Assembly: GCA_022605425.2 (NCBI GenBank)
Contig: CM061247.1
Coordinates: 186,001 to 250,000 of the forward strand
Direction: 5' to 3'
DNA length: 64,000 nucleotides
Source of the DNA: Hamiltosporidium tvaerminnensis FI-OER-3-3
Lineage: Eukaryota; Fungi; Microsporidia
The notes under the pieces were generated by a model. The model was given only the letters and a program-made list of their open reading frames with translations, was not told the DNA's origin and ran no database searches. Positions 26,050 through 36,222 of the stretch are shown in pieces; position 1 is the first letter of the stretch; each line of letters begins with the position of its first letter. The translations under genes were made by a program, and so were the position numbers.

Positions 26050-26330
26050 TAAATCCGTTTATTTTTTACTCCTCAGAATTATATTCCTCAAATTTTTATT
26101 TTTCTTAAACTCAAAAAATCCGTTTATTCTTTACTTCTCAAATTCTTACTCCTCAGAATTATATTCCTCAAATTTTTATTTTTCTTAAACTCAAAAAATC
26201 CGTTTATTCTTTACTCCTCAAATTCTTATTCCTCAGAATTATATTCCTCAAATATTGTTTTTCTTAAACTCAAAAATCGTTTTTTTTACTCCTCAAATTC
26301 TTACTCCTCAGATTCTTATTTTTCTAAAGT
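26050..26330. repeat. Imperfect tandem repeats upstream of CCT2
   Basis: Repeated tactcctca(g/a)aatt, ttcctcaaatt and ttcttaaactcaaaaa modules. Confidence 0.7.
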
Positions 26331-26408
26331 CTCTATTTCTTCAGCCCCAAAATCCGTTATAAATTTTATTTTTTTTCTTTTTATAAATAAAAAGCTAACC
26401 AACCCTTA

Positions 26409-27941
26409 ATGAATATCTACACACACAATAATTTAGGAACATCTGAGGAAAGAAGTGAAGAAGCACAAAAAACAATAATAGGTGGTGTAGATCTACTAAT
26501 AGAAATATTAAGATCTGCTTTAGGACCAAAAGGAGCATTAAAATTACTTACCGGTACTTCTCCCATAATATCTAACGATGGCGCAACAATTCTTAAAAAT
26601 CTTCTTATTGACAGTCCATCCGCACAAATTCTTATCGATGCATCTGTATCTCAAGATTGGGAAGAAGGAGACGGTACAACATCAGTTGCTTTACTTGCAG
26701 CTTTACTTATCAAAGAAGTACAGAATATAGGATTACATCCGTGTACAATAATTAAAGGATATCATATTGCACTGACACAGTGTATTGAACATTTAAAAAA
26801 ATTAATTTTTGAAATGACCAGCGATTCAATCCAAAATCTTGCAGAAACAACTCTTTGTTCTAAAATATTGAAACCTCACAAAAAGCATTTTGCAAATATT
26901 TGTGTTTCTGCTATTTCTCGTATAAAAAAATACGGTTGTGATTTAAATTTAATAAATATCATAAAAATTCCAGGTACTTTAGAAGATTCATACATTGATG
27001 ATGGATTTATTCTTAAAAAAGATATAAAAGTTCCTTTTCTTAAAAATCCTAAAATTTTGGTTGGAAACACTTCTTTAGATTCTGATAAAGTAAAAATTAA
27101 TGCGGCTAAATTTCAAGTTCAAAGTATTAAAGAATTGGTGGATTTAGAAAATGAAGAAAAAATTAAAATGAAAAAAAAAGTAGAAAAAATATGTTCGAAT
27201 GGTGTGGATTGTTTTATAAATCGACAAATTATTTATGACTTTCCTTTACAACTGTTCAGTAGAAATAATGTGACAGTGATTGAACATGCGGATTTTGATG
27301 GGGTGGAACGGTTAGTAAAATTTGTAGGGGGTAAAATTATGAGTACTTTTGATTCTTTAAATGAGGATTGTTATGGTAGTTGTAAGGAAATACGAAATAT
27401 TGTTGTTGACAATGAAAGAATGATTAAATTTTTTGTAGGAAATGAGGGTGATGGACCGTGTACGATCGTTTTGAAAGGTGGATCTAAAGAAATGTTGGAC
27501 GAAGCAGAAAGAAGCATTCATGATGTTTTATGTGTGTTGAAAGGTATTTATGAAGTGGGTGGTGTAGTGTGTGGTGGAGGAGCAATTGAAATGTCGTTGG
27601 CTTTAATGCTCAACGACTTAGCAATTAAAACAGCGGGAAAAGAAAGTGAAGCTATATTAGCATTTATGCGTGCACTAATTCAAATTCCATTTATTTTAGC
27701 AGAAAATGCTGGTTTTGATGCCAACAATATAAAAAGTATTTTAAGAAAAAGCCATTCTGAAGGTAAAACCACCTACGGTATTGATATGGATGAAGGTGTC
27801 TGTTGTATGAAAGAAAAAGGCGTAGTAGAAAGTCTGAGAGTTAAAAGAAGAGTTTTGGTTTCTGCTTGTGAAGTGGCACAGATGATTATTAAATGTGATG
27901 GTGTTGTTAAGTGTAAGCCAAGAGAAAGAACAAGAGAATAA
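26409..27941 (+). CDS. CCT2: T-complex protein 1 subunit beta (chaperonin CCT2)
   Basis: LGPKG, SNDGATILK, GDGTTSV, FINRQIIYDFP.QLF, IEHADFDGVERL and LDEAERSIHD motifs; IEHADFDGVERL is CCT-beta diagnostic. Confidence 0.96.
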   Translation: MNIYTHNNLGTSEERSEEAQKTIIGGVDLLIEILRSALGPKGALKLLTGTSPIISNDGATILKNLLIDSPSAQILIDASVSQDWEEGDGTTSVALLAALLIKEVQNIGLHPCTIIKGYHIALTQCIEHLKKLIFEMTSDSIQNLAETTLCSKILKPHKKHFANICVSAISRIKKYGCDLNLINIIKIPGTLEDSYIDDGFILKKDIKVPFLKNPKILVGNTSLDSDKVKINAAKFQVQSIKELVDLENEEKIKMKKKVEKICSNGVDCFINRQIIYDFPLQLFSRNNVTVIEHADFDGVERLVKFVGGKIMSTFDSLNEDCYGSCKEIRNIVVDNERMIKFFVGNEGDGPCTIVLKGGSKEMLDEAERSIHDVLCVLKGIYEVGGVVCGGGAIEMSLALMLNDLAIKTAGKESEAILAFMRALIQIPFILAENAGFDANNIKSILRKSHSEGKTTYGIDMDEGVCCMKEKGVVESLRVKRRVLVSACEVAQMIIKCDGVVKCKPRERTRE

Positions 27942-28054
27942 AAAAAAATAATTTAATATTTAATTTATCTTGCTTTTTAATACTTTTAATTATTTTTTTA
28001 GATAAGAGTTAAAAAAAAATAATTTAATATTTAATTTATCTTTCATTTTAATAT

Positions 28055-28782
28055 TTATTTAAAAATATCACATCTTTTTACAATAGTGGCAAGTGTTATA
28101 TTTGTTTTCATGACATTAACGCAGTTCTAGGTTTAACATAAATAACTGCTACCCCAACACTCCATCGGTAACCCCTGCGATACCTACGTCCCAAAGCCTT
28201 TCATCTACCAGGTGTGTAGAACCTAATTAATAGGCGAGGCAGTTGCCCGGAGTTCGTTAATGTCCGTTGCATGGAGTGTGATCGAAGGCCGAAGCCCCCC
28301 CTGGGCTCCCCCAAGACTATGCAGCATTCCCACTTACTCTACACTTTCTGAACCCAATAAACTTCTAGTTAAGATATATTTCAGAGATTTACATGGGGTC
28401 CACCTAGACAGTGCAATGTCATACCAACAGGTATAACCTGCTACTTAGCTTTCCTGGCTTTTAATGGGTTTTATTTTTATATCTCCCAGGCGCTAAGTCT
28501 TCTAACCCGAGTGAGCAAGGCTAGGTTTCCATGCTTTTACATGGCAATTACCTACATGTTCAGCTGCGGTCAGCAATCTGGTTACATAAAAAACTACAAA
28601 TAAATTTGTAGAAAAAGTTTCTCCATTTCTTAGACCTCTCCTCTTCATAACAACTCCCATGGAACAACCGAAGATGTAGTGTGGTTGTATTCCCACCAAA
28701 AATCCAAACAATGATCTCACACCAGTTTCACACGCTCATTGCCAAGCAGAAAGTTTTTTATGTGGTTATCCTCCCTCCACCT
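28055..28782 (-). mobile_element. ~720-bp SINE-like non-coding retroposon, best-preserved copy with 14-bp TSD
   Basis: TSD tttcattttaatat at 28041-28054 and 28783-28796; uninterrupted homologous site at 28911-28960. GC-richer than flanks; no terminal inverted repeats and no conserved ORF. Confidence 0.9.
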
Positions 28783-29206
28783 TTTCATTTTAATATATTT
28801 CTTTATATTTAATTATTTTTTTAGATATGAGTTAGAAATATACTTTCTTTAAAATTCAGTGTATCTTGCTTTTTAATCCTTTAATTATTTTTTTAGATAG
28901 GAATTAGAAATATTTAATTTATCTTTCATTTTAATATATTTCTTTATATTTAATTATTTTATACTAGTTGGGATGAGGAATATTTTTTTCTAAATTATTT
29001 TTTTTAAAATAAGGAATTAAAAGAAAAGAAATTCTTAGATTCAAAAGTCTTTGAAATTTATTATTTAGAATACAAATGAATATCAAATAAAAAAAAGAAG
29101 GAAACATAGATATTTTAAAAATTAAAATCCAATACCAATAATTTAGAAGTAATACTTTTATAAATAAATACTAAAATATAAAATTTAAACACTCAATTAC
29201 TATTTA

Positions 29207-29647
29207 TTAAAAACCTTTTAATCCGAGACCTGCAGCTGCATATTTAATCTTATAAACCAACTTGACATCTTTAGACATAAGTGTAACTCTTTTAGCATGT
29301 ATAACACATCTATAAGCATCTTCAAACATATTAGTTAAAAAGGATTCAAGAGATTCTTGTAGAGCTACAAGTGACTGGTATTGGAATCGTATATCTGCTT
29401 TAAATTTGGAAGCTATTTCTCTAACGAGTCTTTGGAATGGCAGTTTACGGATGAGTAATTCTGTACTTTTTTGGTATTTACGTATTTCTTTGAGTGCAAT
29501 TGCGCCTGGTTTGAATCTGTGTACACGTTTGGCTGCAGTCACAGGTGTTTCTACTGTTGTACTTTTTCTTGCTGCTTTTGTTGCTAGTTGTTTTCTTGGA
29601 GCTTTACCACCAGTACTCTTTCTTGCTGTTTGTTTTGTTCGTGCCAT
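29207..29647 (-). CDS. H3: Histone H3 (divergent)
   Basis: [28 protein letters not shown] and [26 protein letters not shown]. Confidence 0.98.
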   Translation of the reverse strand: MARTKQTARKSTGGKAPRKQLATKAARKSTTVETPVTAAKRVHRFKPGAIALKEIRKYQKSTELLIRKLPFQRLVREIASKFKADIRFQYQSLVALQESLESFLTNMFEDAYRCVIHAKRVTLMSKDVKLVYKIKYAAAGLGLKGF

Positions 29648-30053
29648 GGGTTTACTTTTTTGTGTTCTTTTATAGATTTATTGGCGGGAAAAAAGGCGGG
29701 CAGAATTTTTTTGGCGGTAAAATTGGGGGTAAAAAAAGAATAAGCAAATAGGTAGTAATATAAAGTAATAGAGCAATATAAAGTAATATAAAGTAATAGA
29801 ATAATAATAGAGTAAGAATAAAGTAATAGAGTATTATAAAGAAGAGTAAGTAATAGAGTAATAATATAGTAAGTAATAAGTAATATAATTTTTATTCTTT
29901 GAAACTCTTATTTTTTTTAATTTATTTTTCCCTCCTAAAACACAAAATTTTCCCTCCGAAGATAAAAATAAACCAATCAAATTGTTTATTTGTAAAAAAA
30001 ACCGGGAAACAAAAAAATTTTAAAACTATAAATACGACTGCCCTTCTAAAAAT
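29648..30053. promoter_or_regulatory. Bidirectional H3/H4 promoter with CCAAT, TATA, CCC and GGCGG(GAA) motifs
   Basis: ttggcgggaa 29681, ggcggg 29695, ttggcggtaa 29711; ttttccctcc near 29926 and 29948; ccaat near 29973; tataaata near 30028; ccc before both ATGs. Confidence 0.6.
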
Positions 30054-30356
30054 ATGTCAGGACGAGGAAAAGGAGGAAAAGGTTTAGGAAAAGGAGCAGC
30101 AAAAAGACATAGAAAACAAGCACCACAGAGTGATAAAATAAGCAAACCTTCTTTAAGAAGATTAGCGCGTAGAGGTGGAGTAAAGAGACTTGGTGCTAGT
30201 GTGTATGCTGATATGAATACACTTGCTAGATTGTATCTTGATGAAGTGTTGAGAAGTGCTGTTACTTATGCTAATCATGCTAAGAGAAAGACTGTTGTAT
30301 GTTCAGATGTGTTGTATGCACTTAAGAGACAGGGTGTTAAACTTATTGGTTATTGA
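30054..30356 (+). CDS. H4: Histone H4 (divergent)
   Basis: [39 protein letters not shown] and [10 protein letters not shown]. Confidence 0.97.
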   Translation: MSGRGKGGKGLGKGAAKRHRKQAPQSDKISKPSLRRLARRGGVKRLGASVYADMNTLARLYLDEVLRSAVTYANHAKRKTVVCSDVLYALKRQGVKLIGY

Positions 30357-30761
30357 TTTCAGTAAAATTAGTTGTTCTTTCATTTTTTTGTCTTTTGTTT
30401 TTGTATTATGTTTGAAAAAAGAAATATATTTTTTTATTTCTACTTTTAAAAGTATTTTGAAATGTAATTTTATAATAGAATTTAAAAATTAATTTTAAGT
30501 CGAGGAAGTGTATTTGGATAATATTTTGATTTACCTTTATTTTAGAAACGATTGGTTTTAAATTTAGGGGTAGATTAAAACTATATTGATTAAGCAGTGT
30601 TTCTGTTTTTCGAATAAAAGTATGTTCTATGGTAGAAATAGAAGAGATATGACTGGTAAAAAGGGGTTTCATAGATTTATTTAATATTTACAATCTTTGG
30701 TGATTGCACAGTGTGATATAATATTTGAATAAATAAAAAAGTGTGGAATCATATATATTTA

Positions 30762-30959
30762 ATGTGTTTAAATAATTTGTAGTGATTGTATGTATTTAAA
30801 GAAGACTGTATTGACAACTAATGAACGAGTTTCATATATTTTTTTGATGTGTTTATATAATTTGTAGTGATTGTATGTATTTAAAGAAGACTGTATTGAC
30901 GACTAATGAACGAGTTTCATATATTGTTTGATGTGTTTATATAATTTGTAGTGATTGTA
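30762..30959. repeat. ~84-85-bp tandem repeat, ~2.3 copies
   Basis: ataatttgtagtgattgta occurs three times; tttaaagaagactgtattgac.actaatgaacgagtttcatatatt occurs twice. Confidence 0.85.
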
Positions 30960-31606
30960 CTATTAGAGAATAATACAGAAATTATATTAATTAAATTAAA
31001 AATATATTGTTATAATTTGTTTATGCATTTTATTTTAATGGTTTTTTTGGTATTTTATGATTAAAATAAATAATTTTTGTAGCTGAAATCAGAATAAAAG
31101 ATTATTCAGACACCCGAGTTTTAAGAATATTTTCTTTAAATTTTTTATGGTTCTTTTTTTTATTTCTATATTGAGAAATCCAATATTATGCAATGTAATT
31201 AACGTAAAAAGTTTTGTTTTGAAAATATTATTTGTTTAAATAAATATTTTTTGATATTCTATTTTGAGAAATTTAATGGCAATAAATTTTAACAGTGTAA
31301 CAACTTTTGTATAAAAATAATATTTTGTTATGAAACTATTTAATTTATATTTAAGAATAAATATTTTGTAATTTATAGTATCATTTATAAAGATTTGTAA
31401 AATATCTGTTTGTATTTCTTCTTAAATATAAATTAAATGTTGTTTCATCAAAATAAAAATAATTATGAAATATGGTTGCATAAAACTTTGCAATATCTTG
31501 AATATTTTGCTATATCTTCAATTGATACATTGTATAAATTTGATTGGTTTTAAATGAAACGTATTTTTGTAATTTAAGTTGAACATGATTTATTTTACAC
31601 CCTAAT

Positions 31607-31864
31607 ATGAACAAGAAGAGATTTCAGAATCAAACTAACTTTCAAGAAGAAAAAATTATACCGGAGGAATATGAAATAAATAAAGAAAAAAGGAAAGGAA
31701 TGTACATAAATACCAACAAAATGTTAGATAAATTATATACAGATGAGCTTACAGAATGTGAAATGTACTTATTTTTCGCAAGAAGTGAAAGATCTTTTCT
31801 AAATCTCGATGAAGAAATAGGTTCTATTGATGATGAAATCAAAATTATCACAAATACACAGTAA
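31607..31864 (+). CDS. Hypothetical 85-aa acidic/charged protein
   Basis: ATG preceded by a CCC motif (accctaatATG); coding-like composition; no recognised family. Confidence 0.7.
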   Translation: MNKKRFQNQTNFQEEKIIPEEYEINKEKRKGMYINTNKMLDKLYTDELTECEMYLFFARSERSFLNLDEEIGSIDDEIKIITNTQ

Positions 31865-33074
31865 AATTTTCTTCTTTTTTATAATTTGTTTTTACTATTT
31901 AATGATATTTCTAATTTCTTTTTAATTAAAAACTAAAAAAAGATATTTTCTATTTAAATGTATAAATTGTTTTAAAAAGTATTGAAATTTGAATCTAGAA
32001 AAGTAAATTTCTGATAAAACTGTAATTTTTTATAAATTTACTGTTTAAACAAAAAAAGTATTAAAATTTGAAATAAATGTAACTAAAAATTATTACTATG
32101 GGAATGAAATTGTATATGTTTTTTTTAAAACCGAGATTTACCAAAATTAATTGGTTACTTCTCGATTCCCTTATTTCCTTCAGATTCGAAATTATAAATA
32201 ATCAAAACAATCCGATCTATCTTAACTTATATATATACTTCGATTTATTTCTTAAATAATCATTTAAAATTAAATTACATCTTCTTTCTTCGTTTAAAAA
32301 ATATAAAACACTTTCTTTCAATTTATTCACATAAAATATCCCAAATACAGAATATTTACATTTTAATACAATTTAATTATCTTCTTTTATCTATAAAATA
32401 TTTTTATAATTAAAACACGCAAATTACTTAAATTAAATTTTTTTCATTTTAACAAATAAAAAACAAATGTATTTTTAGATTTTAATCTTTGATAATTTAT
32501 TACTAAAATTCTGCTGATTTGATTAAATATGGATTTAAAGATTTATAAGGCGTAGTAACCTTGGTGACATAATATAGCCTTTGATTAAAATATAATGACA
32601 CTTGTGTTAGTTATTAATTAAATAGATGTGAATTCATAAGAAAAACTTCCAATAAAATTACATTAGAGTATTTAAATAAAATAATCTGATTAAAAAATTA
32701 ATTTATTAAATATGAGAATACACTAGCAATCTTCAATTTAAATAATAATCTGGTAATTATAAAATATAAAATAAATTCTAATTAATTATAAAAAGTATAA
32801 AACTAAAGAAGATTTTATATTCAATTTTTGATAAAAGTTTTCATTTCAAGTTTTTTTTCTACTATGAAAGTTATACTAAAAGTATAAAAAATTTGAAATA
32901 TGAATATTTTTTTTTGCAACCCCTTCAAAATAAAAAATATTTGTTACTTTACAAGTCGAAAGCAAGCATTGACTCAGAATATAGAAATGGAAGTTTTTTA
33001 GGAAAATCGACTTTAAACTTAGAATATTTATTTCTAATAAAGCATAACATATTTATTTTTATTTATTTTCTTTA

Positions 33075-33785
33075 GGGAAGAATACATAATCACATTAAAA
33101 ACTATCTGTTTGGCAACGATTAGGTGAAATTGGTTTAATAACCATTGTGAGGATTTAGTGGGATGAAATTACATTTATTTTCGTTGTTCCATAGGAATTT
33201 CTAAAAAGGATGGTCTGTAAAATTATGAAAGAATTTTTGCAAATTTATTTTGTAGTTTTTTATGTAATTAGATTGGAACCACTACAAAACTTGTAGGTAA
33301 TTGCCATGTAAAAATATAAAAACCTCTTTGCTCACTCAGGTTGAAAACTTAGCGCCACTGAGGTACAAAAAACACACAATTTTAAAGGACCGGAATGTTA
33401 AGTAGCTACCTATACTTGTTGTATAGCATGGAAATACATAAATGGATTCTGCGTAAGTCGCCGAGATATATCTTAGCTAAAAATCTGTCTGGTTTAAGTG
33501 TAGAGTAATTGGGAATGCTGCATAATCATAGGGAGCTCATAAACGTTTAAACCTACAACACACTTCCGATAAAGGACATTTACAAACACTGAGTAAATAT
33601 TTTGCCCATTAATTGGTTTATACACACTTTTTAGATGAAAGTATTTTAGATGTGGGGATTGTAGGAGGCTATCTATGGAGTGTTAGTGTCGTAGTTTTTT
33701 ATTTTAAACCTAGAACTTGGTTTATGCCATGGAAAATATAAAATACCATTCTTTTAAAAAAAGATTTCTATTTTTGAATCAATAA
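33075..33785 (+). mobile_element. ~720-bp SINE-like family, full-length diverged copy
   Basis: Collinear with the reverse complement of 28055-28782: tgtagttttttatgtaa, tgtaggtaattgccatgtaaaa, ttgctcactc, acttagcgcc, gtgtagagtaa.tgggaatgctgcata, taaacctagaact. Confidence 0.88.
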
Positions 33786-34151
33786 AAAGTTTTATGAATC
33801 AATCATTTTATTAAAATTGAAATATTATAAATTATCTAAATGACGCATCCGCTAAAATGATAATCGTTAAGCAGGTCTCAGCTCTTCAATGGTAATAGTA
33901 TTACTTTGCTTTTCTAGTACTATTATATCTACTTTATATTTAATTGTATTTAATTGTAACCAGGTGTGCTGAAAAAGACAAGACATAAAAATTTAAACAA
34001 CTGTTAAAATCACTGCGTTTGGTTTTCTATATTAAACAATTGAATCTTTATATTTGTAGTCATTTGAAACCAAAATTGAATATATCTTTAAAAAATTATA
34101 AAAATATTTTTGGTTTTTATTAACTATTTTCTTAAAATATTTGCCCCTCAT

Positions 34152-34811
34152 ATGTCACACAACAATTCTAAAGATAGTTGGTCTGATTATAATTTTAAAA
34201 GTAGCGAGAATAAATCAGAAATAAAACCAGAAAAACGGAAAATAAGTGAAACTATAGATAAAAATATTTTTGAGCAAAAACAATCTGACAAAGGTGATAA
34301 TAACGATTGGTCTACTGGTGCTACATATTCTAGTTGGGATGTAAATAAATCTTCTTCTAAAGATACAGAAAAGGAAGCAAATACTTGTAATGATTGGTCT
34401 GTTGATGCCCAACTTATAAATGAAAAAATTTCTGAGTATTCGCAACAGGAAGGTACTTCTACTGGGTGGAATACTGATCAAGGATGGAGTACTAATCAAA
34501 ACACTGATTGGAATACAAACCAAAATACTGGCTGGGATTCAAATCAACCTACAGATTGGAATACAAACCAACCTACGGATTGGAATACAAACCAAGCAAC
34601 TGGTTGGAATACAGACGAAAAAAATGAATATCAAAATACTGAACAGTCTTGGGACATAAACCATAATATCTCAATGCACGTTAATCCTTCAAATGAATGG
34701 GCGATTCATTCTACAAAAACACTTCTCGGTGTAAGAAAATACAAATTGGACATAAAAAGTATTTACGATGGCGAAAAACTTCTTACTGAAGGAAAGAAAA
34801 AAAATGAATAA
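34152..34811 (+). CDS. Low-complexity Trp-repeat (xW/GW) protein
   Basis: ATG at 34152 after CCCC (the track start at 34110 is TTG). 13 Trp in an S/T/N/Q/D-rich chain, including 8-aa repeats (T[G/D]WNTNQx); basic C-terminal segment. Confidence 0.8.
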   Translation: MSHNNSKDSWSDYNFKSSENKSEIKPEKRKISETIDKNIFEQKQSDKGDNNDWSTGATYSSWDVNKSSSKDTEKEANTCNDWSVDAQLINEKISEYSQQEGTSTGWNTDQGWSTNQNTDWNTNQNTGWDSNQPTDWNTNQPTDWNTNQATGWNTDEKNEYQNTEQSWDINHNISMHVNPSNEWAIHSTKTLLGVRKYKLDIKSIYDGEKLLTEGKKKNE

Positions 34812-35304
34812 AAAATAATATTTTAAAATCAATAAAACTATCATTCAAACGAAATGTATTTACTAAAAAAATACAAGCAAATAAACATTAAATGTTTAAA
34901 CGGATTTCCAAGTATAAAAACTTTAAAAAAAATTTAGTATCAGATTTAATGAAATCTATTATTTCAAATAAATTTGTTAAAATGACTTATTAAAATTATA
35001 TTTTTAATTAGAAAAATATTTGTGTAATTTATAATAAATCTTGTACTAGAGAGATCAAGGATCACGATTAAAAATAAAAATTTAAAAACGAATATTTAAG
35101 CGTTTAAAATTTATTGCCGTTAAGTAAACTTTATTGTAATAAAACTTTTTGTTTAAAAATTTATATTTCTTTATTTCTTTAATGTATGTTGTATAATCTT
35201 ACAAATTTAATCTAAAAAGGTAAAAATTTTATATTAAAATTTCCAATTTCTAAATGTTTTTTTTACCAAATTTAATAGAAACGTGTAAAAATTTTATTTA
35301 AATT

Positions 35305-36222
35305 TTATATTTCTTTGAATATTAATCGATAATTACCGTAACAGCATTCGATTATGGTATCTTTAAGTTTGCATTCCATAAATTCATTTCTTTTAAGAAT
35401 TTTGTTTATCAAAAATACAAAATCGTTTTTTTGATTTTCATCGGTGAGAAAATTTATAAAATAATTTTTTGAGAGACAAACTTTGAAATATTTAATTTCT
35501 TGTTCAGAGTATCTAGAATTTAAAAGGGAAATGAGTTTTGAAGTAGAAAGGTTGTAATTGTTAAGTACTCTGCGTATATTACACAGTTCCTGGATATACG
35601 CATCTAAATATATTAGATACGACGGATCTAACAAATAATTTTGTTTATTTTTTATCTGACTATCTAAATACAAAGAAGTATTGTTGTTTCCTTTTATAGG
35701 TAATACGTCTTCCTTATAAAGAAAATTATTAATTACTTCTTCACAGCAACAAAGAACAATTTTACGACTTTCATAATTATCTAACGGATCGTAATTATAT
35801 TGCAAATTCAATAAAACATTTATATGTCGTGATGGAAGAAAATTATTTTGATTTATAATCATCTTGGAAGTTTGTAATATAAAGTTTATAAAGAGTGATC
35901 GTGCCTTAAGAAAAAATTCTCTATTTTTATGATTTTTTACAACTTGCAATATTTTCTGTATTTTTTTAGAATTATTGAATTTAAAATATGTCTGTAAATT
36001 ATTTAAAATAAATGTTTCTGTTTCATTATCTATAAATTCTGTATTTTCACTAATTTGTATGTACATATTTAGAGCTGCCAGTGTATCATTTTCTATGATG
36101 TACTTTTTTAACTGTTCAGATGTTTCTTTTGTAGAGTGTTTGTTTCGTAAAAGACACAGTTTTTGAAGTGTGGTATCGTATTTCTTAAATTTTTGTAGCA
36201 ATGTTTCTGTAAAACTTGGCAT
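35305..36222 (-). CDS. Helical protein, possibly a reduced COG4-like tethering subunit
   Basis: 305-aa ORF with a CC motif upstream. YLDAYIQELCNI, RYSEQEIKYFKVCLSK and NDFVFLINKILKR recall COG4 blocks (LDxxLxE, YxxxExYFxxxxxxK, DDVFYIVKKxxxR) in the same order; by-eye match only. Confidence 0.5.
   Translation of the reverse strand: MPSFTETLLQKFKKYDTTLQKLCLLRNKHSTKETSEQLKKYIIENDTLAALNMYIQISENTEFIDNETETFILNNLQTYFKFNNSKKIQKILQVVKNHKNREFFLKARSLFINFILQTSKMIINQNNFLPSRHINVLLNLQYNYDPLDNYESRKIVLCCCEEVINNFLYKEDVLPIKGNNNTSLYLDSQIKNKQNYLLDPSYLIYLDAYIQELCNIRRVLNNYNLSTSKLISLLNSRYSEQEIKYFKVCLSKNYFINFLTDENQKNDFVFLINKILKRNEFMECKLKDTIIECCYGNYRLIFKEI

Noticed and set aside
28502-28720. ORFs inside the 720-bp element (also 21384-21569, 46662-47051, 58653-58880, 61275-61487)
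   Set aside because: Frames and strands are not conserved between copies; these are chance ORFs in GC-richer repeat DNA.
28055-28782. 720-bp element as a MITE, tRNA-SINE, RNase P RNA or telomerase RNA
   Set aside because: No terminal inverted repeats and no clear A/B box pair. I could not build a convincing P4 pseudoknot or find a telomere template by eye. Not formally excluded without covariance-model searches.
30406-30672. 88-aa minus-strand ORF convergent with H4
   Set aside because: No CCC motif before the ATG, an in-frame stop just upstream and no recognisable family; may be a decayed gene fragment.
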